From Chitinophagaceae bacterium (lineage in GTDB: Bacteria; Bacteroidota; Bacteroidia; Chitinophagales; Chitinophagaceae): a DNA stretch of 64,000 nt. The first letter of the stretch is position 1. Each line of letters starts with the position of its first letter. The notes beneath the pieces were generated by a model. The model ran no database searches, had not been told where the DNA came from, and worked only from the letters and a program-made list of their open reading frames with translations. The position numbers and the translations under genes were made by a program. The stretch is from the NCBI GenBank assembly GCA_047602295.1, contig JASGHP010000001.1, positions 1,800,803-1,864,802 on the forward strand. Direction: 5' to 3'. Of the stretch, positions 59,010-64,000 are shown piece after piece.

Positions 59010-59171
59010 ATGGCCAGTCAGCAAAGCAGAAGAGAAATTGGTTTTATTCTTGCCATTGTATTAGGGCTTTTGTTAGGCATATTCATAAAAAGGGTAAGAA
59101 TAGGTTTATTGATAGGACTGGCACTGGGCCTTCTTGCTGCCGGTATGATAAGCGGCAGAAAAAAAGGATAA
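59010..59171 (+). CDS. Small two-TM membrane protein (53 aa), not in the supplied ORF track
   Basis: MASQQSRREIGFILAIVLGLLLGIFIKRVRIGLLIGLALGLLAAGMISGRKKG. The ATG lies 1 nt after the PIG-L stop codon. Confidence 0.5.
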   Translation: MASQQSRREIGFILAIVLGLLLGIFIKRVRIGLLIGLALGLLAAGMISGRKKG

Positions 59172-59264
59172 AGGCCCCGATAACTGTTTGCTGCAATGCA
59201 GCTAAGCTGTATGCAAAACAGTCAATAGTGCAACAAAAAATACTCGCCCAAATAAAACGATTGT

Positions 59265-59390
59265 ATGAGCGAAAGGCAGGAAGATAAGCCACCTTTATTT
59301 GCTACATGGACACAGTGGTATGTGTTTGTGCTGGCATTTCTTGTTTTGCTTATCATACTGTTTACATTGTTTACCAACTATTTTTCATGA
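59265..59390 (+). CDS. Small single-TM protein (41 aa), not in the supplied ORF track
   Basis: MSERQEDKPPLFATWTQWYVFVLAFLVLLIILFTLFTNYFS. Its TGA overlaps the symporter ATG (ATGA at 59387-59390). Confidence 0.5.
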   Translation: MSERQEDKPPLFATWTQWYVFVLAFLVLLIILFTLFTNYFS

Positions 59391-61099
59391 GCCTTGCAGA
59401 TTGGATAGTACTTGCCCTAACATTGATTGCTATAATTGCTTATGGCTTGTACAGAAGCCGTACAACAAAAGATCTGGATGGCTATTTTCTTAGTAACCGC
59501 AGTATGCCATGGTGGCTGATATTGCTGAGCATTATGGGTACGCAGGCAAGTGCTGTTACTTTTTTATCTGCACCGGGCCAGGCGTATACAGATGGAATGC
59601 GCTTTGTGCAATATTATTTTGGTTTGCCTATAGCAATGGTTTTATTGTGTGTTACATTGGTACCCATTTTTCATAAGCTAAAAGTTTATACAGCTTATGA
59701 ATATTTAGAAAATCGTTTTGATCTTAAAACCAGGACACTCACTTCTTTTTTGTTTCTGTTGCAGCGAGGTGTTTCCACAGGCATCAGCATTTATGCACCA
59801 GCTATTATTCTTTCATCATTGCTTGGTTGGAATATTTACCTCACTAATATTTTCATGGGTGGCCTGCTGATTATTTATACTGTTACAGGCGGAGCTAAGG
59901 CCGTTGCATATACACAGCAATTGCAAATGATTATCATTTTTGCAGGCATGTTTATGGCGGCGTATATGGTTGTGCATTTATTGCCGGATGGGGTAGGGTT
60001 TGTGGACGCGTTGAAAGTGGGTGGCAGCATGGGCCGCATGAATGTAATAACCAGCGGATTTAAAGATGGAAGTTTTAATTGGAGTGATCGTTATAATATC
60101 TGGAGTGGTTTGATAGGTGGTTTCTTTTTGGCTCTCTCTTATTTTGGTACAGACCAGAGCCAGGTGGGAAGATATCTTACTGCAAAATCTTTAACGGAAA
60201 GTCGCATGGGTTTGCTGATGAATGGTTTGGTGAAAGTGCCTATGCAATTTGGAATTTTGTTATTAGGCGTATTGGTATTTACATTCTACCAGTTTAAACC
60301 GGCGCCATTATTTTTTAATGAAGTGCAGGTAAACAAAGTAGCTGCATCGCCTTATAAAGATTCTTTACAGTTATTGCAATTGCAATACAACCTGCTCTCT
60401 AAAGAAAAATCTCTTACAGTAGCAGATTGGGTGCAACAGAATAAGGCAAATGGCAATGTAAAAGAGCCAGAAGCAAAACTTAAAAAACTTAATGAGCAAA
60501 CGGAAAAAGTAAGAACTGATTTTAAAGGATTGATGACAAAAGCTGGTATAGGAGGAGATAGCAACGATACCAACTATATCTTTTTGCGATTTGTAATTGA
60601 TTATCTCCCCAAAGGATTAATTGGTTTATTGATTGCGGTAATCTTCCTGGCAGCATGGGGTAGTATTGCCGCTGCTTTAAATTCATTGGCATCCTGTACT
60701 GTTATTGATTTTCATAAAAAGTTTATAAAGAAAGATTGCACGGAAGAAGTTGATTATAAAACATCACGCTGGTATTCATTTGCATGGGGTATATTTTCCA
60801 TAGTGATAGCCATGTTTGCAACTAATATGGGCAGCTTAATAGAAGCAGTGAATGTATTAGGATCATTATTCTATGGTGTAATACTAGGCGTTTTTTTAGT
60901 GGCATTTTATTTAAAGAAAGTACAAGGCAATGCAGTTTTTATTAGTGCAGTAGTAATAGAGTCGTTTGTAATTTGGGTTTTCATTTTCTGGAAATCGTCT
61001 ATTGGCTTTTTATGGTTGAATGCAATAGGGGCATTAGGTGTTATTATTTTAGCTTTATTGCTACAAACTTTCTTCAATAAAAAAACGGCAACTGTATAG
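59387..61099 (+). CDS. Sodium:solute symporter (SSS) family transporter
   Basis: MSLADWIVLALTL start, GTQASAVTFLSAPG, about 13 TM helices, and an approximately 90-aa hydrophilic/coiled insertion (QLLQLQYNLLSKEK...KLNEQTEKVRTDF). Confidence 0.85.
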   Translation: MSLADWIVLALTLIAIIAYGLYRSRTTKDLDGYFLSNRSMPWWLILLSIMGTQASAVTFLSAPGQAYTDGMRFVQYYFGLPIAMVLLCVTLVPIFHKLKVYTAYEYLENRFDLKTRTLTSFLFLLQRGVSTGISIYAPAIILSSLLGWNIYLTNIFMGGLLIIYTVTGGAKAVAYTQQLQMIIIFAGMFMAAYMVVHLLPDGVGFVDALKVGGSMGRMNVITSGFKDGSFNWSDRYNIWSGLIGGFFLALSYFGTDQSQVGRYLTAKSLTESRMGLLMNGLVKVPMQFGILLLGVLVFTFYQFKPAPLFFNEVQVNKVAASPYKDSLQLLQLQYNLLSKEKSLTVADWVQQNKANGNVKEPEAKLKKLNEQTEKVRTDFKGLMTKAGIGGDSNDTNYIFLRFVIDYLPKGLIGLLIAVIFLAAWGSIAAALNSLASCTVIDFHKKFIKKDCTEEVDYKTSRWYSFAWGIFSIVIAMFATNMGSLIEAVNVLGSLFYGVILGVFLVAFYLKKVQGNAVFISAVVIESFVIWVFIFWKSSIGFLWLNAIGALGVIILALLLQTFFNKKTATV

Positions 61100-61108
61100 C
61101 TGCCGTTT
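61083..61108. terminator. Hairpin between the convergent symporter and DUF2911 genes
   Basis: aaacggca (61083-61090) pairs with tgccgttt (61101-61108). The loop contains the symporter stop codon. Confidence 0.55.
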
Positions 61109-61127
61109 GTAAAACTGATTCAATAAA

Positions 61128-61958
61128 TTATTTCAACTTAGCCAATAGTTTTTCGTTCAGTGTAACATAATCTGAATTTTTTCCTTCCTGTGCAGCTTCC
61201 TTAGACTTCATGGCTGTTTCTCTTGCTTCTTTTGTTTTGCCCAATTTAGCAAGGCAGTTGGCTTTTTGATAAAGCACCCAATATGCTTTTGGATCTTGCT
61301 CAGCAGCTTTATTGTACCATGCTAATGCCTGGTTCAAATCTTTTCCATTGTCCATGTAGTAAGCAGCGGCGCTGAAATAAGGAAACTTATCATCTTGTGG
61401 CAATTCTTTAATCTGTGCCATTATCTTTCCATCAATTTCTGTTTTTATGGGAAGAACAACCATTGTTTTATCCCATAAAAGGTAAAGGTTGGCAGTGCTT
61501 GCTTTTACTTCATCAAATTGCATCATGAAAGATTCAATAATTTCATTCATGTGAATAGGAGTGGCTTTTACTCTCACCACATCTTCAGATTCTTTGTAAG
61601 CAGCAGGAGATGTAACATCTGTTTGTTTAGTAATGATCAAAGTCCAACTGCTGGCGTCTGGTATGCTTAACAAGCCATACTTACCTGCAGGAATTTTTGT
61701 ACCGCCAATGATTACTTCATCAGAAAAAGTAAGTGTGGTGGCACCATTAGCCCCAGTACGCCATACTTTTCCATAAGGCACCAGGTCTCCAAAAATTTTA
61801 CGGCCTTTTACATTAGGGCGTGAATAAGAGAGTTCAATGGAACCCAGTCCGAAATCTTGTTTAATAGTTTGTGTAGAACTTGGGGCGGGTGTACGCAGTT
61901 GGGCAGAAAGGCTGAGCATAGAGCCACCCAAACAAAACGCAAGCAGTAATCTTTTCAT
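61128..61958 (-). CDS. DUF2911 domain protein with C-terminal TPR repeats
   Basis: Signal peptide MKRLLLAFCLGGSMLSLSAQ; YSRPNVKGRKIFG.LVPYGKVWRTGAN and IPAGKYGL motifs typical of DUF2911; TPR-like C-terminus. Confidence 0.7.
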   Translation of the reverse strand: MKRLLLAFCLGGSMLSLSAQLRTPAPSSTQTIKQDFGLGSIELSYSRPNVKGRKIFGDLVPYGKVWRTGANGATTLTFSDEVIIGGTKIPAGKYGLLSIPDASSWTLIITKQTDVTSPAAYKESEDVVRVKATPIHMNEIIESFMMQFDEVKASTANLYLLWDKTMVVLPIKTEIDGKIMAQIKELPQDDKFPYFSAAAYYMDNGKDLNQALAWYNKAAEQDPKAYWVLYQKANCLAKLGKTKEARETAMKSKEAAQEGKNSDYVTLNEKLLAKLK

Positions 61959-62080
61959 AATCGTAAAATTTAGGAAGCAAAAATACGGGAAACTGTAAAG
62001 CGCAGATGTGAATTTTAGTAAGTGGGGTAACAATGACATAGAAAGAAGAGTGCGATCTTAGGTTTGTGTCAGCGATTCAC

Positions 62081-62140
62081 AAGGAAGTCAAGTTTGTACT
62101 TGAACTTTAAAATCGCAGCAATTTAAAACTTGACTTCCTT
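62081..62140. other. Perfect 15-bp stem hairpin with a 30-nt loop
   Basis: aaggaagtcaagttt (62081-62095) is the exact reverse complement of aaacttgacttcctt (62126-62140). cttag/ctaag flanks extend the stem. Confidence 0.8.
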
Positions 62141-62267
62141 CTAAGAGGCATGCTACACAGGATGCTGAGGCTGCAAAAAGATATACAGTACAAGAGTGCG
62201 ACGCAACGATGCTTAATAGTGGTACCAATGCCTGGTCAATAAAAATTTTACTTGAGAAAAATACTTC

Positions 62268-63653
62268 CTAGAATTTTATTGCCACCGTAGCAATAGCTTT
62301 TTTACCCTTCAATAATTTCCACTTTGGTCCATCGCGCAGCAGGCGAATGGCTTCTGCATCCAGGTCTTCATCCAATGATTGATCAATGTTGAAATTATTG
62401 ATCCATTTGTTGTGTACTTCAAATGATACTATAACAGTACCGTGTATATTTTTTACATCTTCTGGTATGCGTTTACTTTTTTCGATGTAAGCATTGAATG
62501 CGGGCCATCCATCAACCGGCTCTGCATCCATAATTTTTACAGAAATATCCTGCACGTTTTTTTCTTTTCTGGCAGCGCCATTGCTTTGCACAACTACGTC
62601 CCGATCGGCGGGCGGTGTAGGTTTCAACACTATCTGGTTGAGTGAAGCTTTATTTCTCCAGATAGCCTGCTGTGTTTCAAAACCGTCTGAGGCAATGGAC
62701 ACCTTCATGGTAGTATCCGGCGCATTAAAAGAGAAATAGCCAAGTTGATTGGTTTGTGTGGCTACATTCAGGTTAGGTATCTGCACCAAAGCATTGGCCA
62801 CCGGATGATTCGCTTTGTCTACAACAGTACCATTATAGGTGTTTGCAAACTTATTGTTATCAAAACTGCTGCGGTTATAGCTATAAGATTTATCGTCGTT
62901 TACCTGGAAGCTTTTTGCCCTCAACGTTTTTTGATCTAAACTTATATTGCCCGCTCTCTTCTTTGCTTCATCAAGCTTTGCTACCTCTTCTTTTTTATAT
63001 TGAACACTATCACCCGTTGCCAATGACTCTTTTCGTTTTTCAACAGGCGACTCAGCAACGGAAGCAACCGGCGCTGATGCAGGTGGAGCTGCAATTACAG
63101 ACTCAGCATCTTTATCTTCGGTTAACGTACTTTTTTCTTCGGCTACAGCATTTCCTATAGCAGGTTTAGATGCTTTTGGTTTGTTGATGGCTACCAATGT
63201 GCTGCTGTCTGTAAGAATGGTGCTATCTGCTTTTGCAATAGCGCTATCATTGTTTGTTACAGTAGCAGCCGGACTATTGTCTGCTTTATTTTTTGCAAGC
63301 CCATCGTCGTTACTGCTTTCTTTTTTTCCATTCATCAACGTGTATACCAAAGCTGCGCCAGCTATTACAAGAAATACTGCAGCTATCTTCCACCAGCCAA
63401 AACCTATGGTTTTGACTGTATCTTTTTCATTCACCCTTTCTGCCAATCGTTGCTTTAATATATCTACGTCACTGGAAATATTGCTTCGGCCAGGCAATGT
63501 CTTTTCTTCATAACCCTCCATCGCATCAGCCAAAAATGGATCATCCAATGCCGCTTTTTCCATAGCATGGCGCTGTTGGGCAGAGAGTTCTCCCTTCCAG
63601 TATTTTTCAATATCTGCTGCTGTATAATTAATATGGTCCTCTTGTGGGTTCAT
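62268..63653 (-). CDS. Anti-sigma-factor-like membrane protein with CarboxypepD_reg-like and TonB-C-like periplasmic domains
   Basis: The ATG is 7 nt after the ECF sigma stop. Short cytoplasmic N-terminus, one TM helix (WWKIAAVFLVIAGAALVYTL), a low-complexity linker, GTVVDKANHPVANALVQIP, and a C-terminal HGTVIVSFEV...GPKWK. Confidence 0.6.
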   Translation of the reverse strand: MNPQEDHINYTAADIEKYWKGELSAQQRHAMEKAALDDPFLADAMEGYEEKTLPGRSNISSDVDILKQRLAERVNEKDTVKTIGFGWWKIAAVFLVIAGAALVYTLMNGKKESSNDDGLAKNKADNSPAATVTNNDSAIAKADSTILTDSSTLVAINKPKASKPAIGNAVAEEKSTLTEDKDAESVIAAPPASAPVASVAESPVEKRKESLATGDSVQYKKEEVAKLDEAKKRAGNISLDQKTLRAKSFQVNDDKSYSYNRSSFDNNKFANTYNGTVVDKANHPVANALVQIPNLNVATQTNQLGYFSFNAPDTTMKVSIASDGFETQQAIWRNKASLNQIVLKPTPPADRDVVVQSNGAARKEKNVQDISVKIMDAEPVDGWPAFNAYIEKSKRIPEDVKNIHGTVIVSFEVHNKWINNFNIDQSLDEDLDAEAIRLLRDGPKWKLLKGKKAIATVAIKF

Positions 63654-63660
63654 AGTAATA

Positions 63661-64000
63661 TCAGGCACTCATTTTATCCATGCAGATTTTTAAATTTCTT
63701 CTGCCGTTTTGTATCAGGCTTCTTACTTTTTTCCAATCGTATCCTGTCATCTCCACAATTTCATTATAACACTTCTGCTGCAGGTAAAACAACTGAACCG
63801 TTTGCTGTTGTTCTTCGGACAATGTTTGCAAACAGCGCTCCAGTTTTTTAAATTCAGCTTCTTTCTGCAATTCACCGTTCAGATGCAATTCTTCGCTGTT
63901 TTGCATAATATCGGGATCAATAGAAACCGTTTTTTTATTCTTCTGGCTGCGCAAATGCATCAGGCAGTGGTTTTTAGCCAGGGTATACAACCAGCTTTTA
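63661..64000 (-). CDS. ECF (sigma-70 family) RNA polymerase sigma factor, N-terminus cut by the window end
   Basis: Region 2 LYTLAKNHCLMHLR and region 4 HTH LSEEQQQTVQLFYLQQKCYNEIVEMTGYDWKKVRSLIQNGRRNL. The reading frame stays open to position 64000. Confidence 0.85.
   Translation of the reverse strand, partial: KSWLYTLAKNHCLMHLRSQKNKKTVSIDPDIMQNSEELHLNGELQKEAEFKKLERCLQTLSEEQQQTVQLFYLQQKCYNEIVEMTGYDWKKVRSLIQNGRRNLKICMDKMSA

Noticed and set aside
45376-62211. The idea that the inverted 28-nt motifs mark the ends of a 16.8-kb composite transposon or invertible segment
   Set aside because: There is no transposase, integrase or invertase between or beside them. The intervening genes are ordinary envelope and metabolic genes. 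Each motif copy sits in the 3' region of a co-oriented gene, which fits a dispersed repeat or RNA element better. Inversion cannot be excluded without population or long-read data.
1-64000. Search for defence systems, prophage, integrative elements, tRNA/rRNA genes and toxin-antitoxin pairs
   Set aside because: No ORF shows nuclease/helicase/methylase defence architectures, reverse transcriptase, integrase, transposase, phage structural motifs or tRNA-like sequence (no GGTTCGAATCC-type T-arm seen). Absence is judged by eye only.

Overview
This is a chromosomal window from an AT-rich Bacteroidota genome. The evidence is a SusC/SusD pair, DUF3822-rsmD synteny, a class-A RNase P RNA and lipoprotein-rich glycan genes. 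A Chitinophagaceae/Sphingobacteriia-like origin is only an inference. Layout: 0.2-19 kb holds housekeeping genes (MATE efflux, rsmD, bioD, MTHFS, lpxK, a frameshifted RNase R, polyprenyl synthase, amino-acid permease, Smr protein, rnpB, guaB, dprA, OmpA/TolB-like, queE). 19.3-44 kb is a polysaccharide-utilisation-type region: AraC regulator, SusC, SusD, two tandem ~1,120-aa VCBS/FG-GAP + ASPIC/UnbV lipoproteins, GH9, an alpha/beta hydrolase, GH2, a class III nucleotidyl cyclase, GH20 and an S15 peptidase. 44-48.7 kb holds small metabolic genes. 48.7-61.1 kb is an envelope/peptidoglycan-flavoured neighbourhood: VanX-type D-Ala-D-Ala dipeptidase divergent from a YcbB-type L,D-transpeptidase, RlpA, OmpA-TSP3, then an M14 peptidase, CpcT-like protein, 832-aa PIG-L deacetylase, two micro-ORFs and a sodium:solute symporter. 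61.1-64 kb holds a DUF2911 protein and an ECF sigma/anti-sigma pair, cut by the window end. I found no CRISPR array, transposase, integrase, tRNA, rRNA or recognisable defence system. Four things are not explained by ordinary annotation. (1) Degenerate 7-nt periodic arrays (TAAGTnn, TAGCTnn, TAGTCnn) start exactly at the stop codons of several genes and form imperfect inverted-repeat arms. (2) The two SusCD-linked VCBS/ASPIC lipoproteins have no assigned activity. (3) A 28-nt motif (27/28 identical) sits in inverted orientation in two 3' intergenic regions 16.8 kb apart, next to GC-rich hairpins. (4) The M14/PIG-L/micro-ORF/symporter operon is tightly coupled. All functional calls come from reading the translated ORFs; no searches were run.
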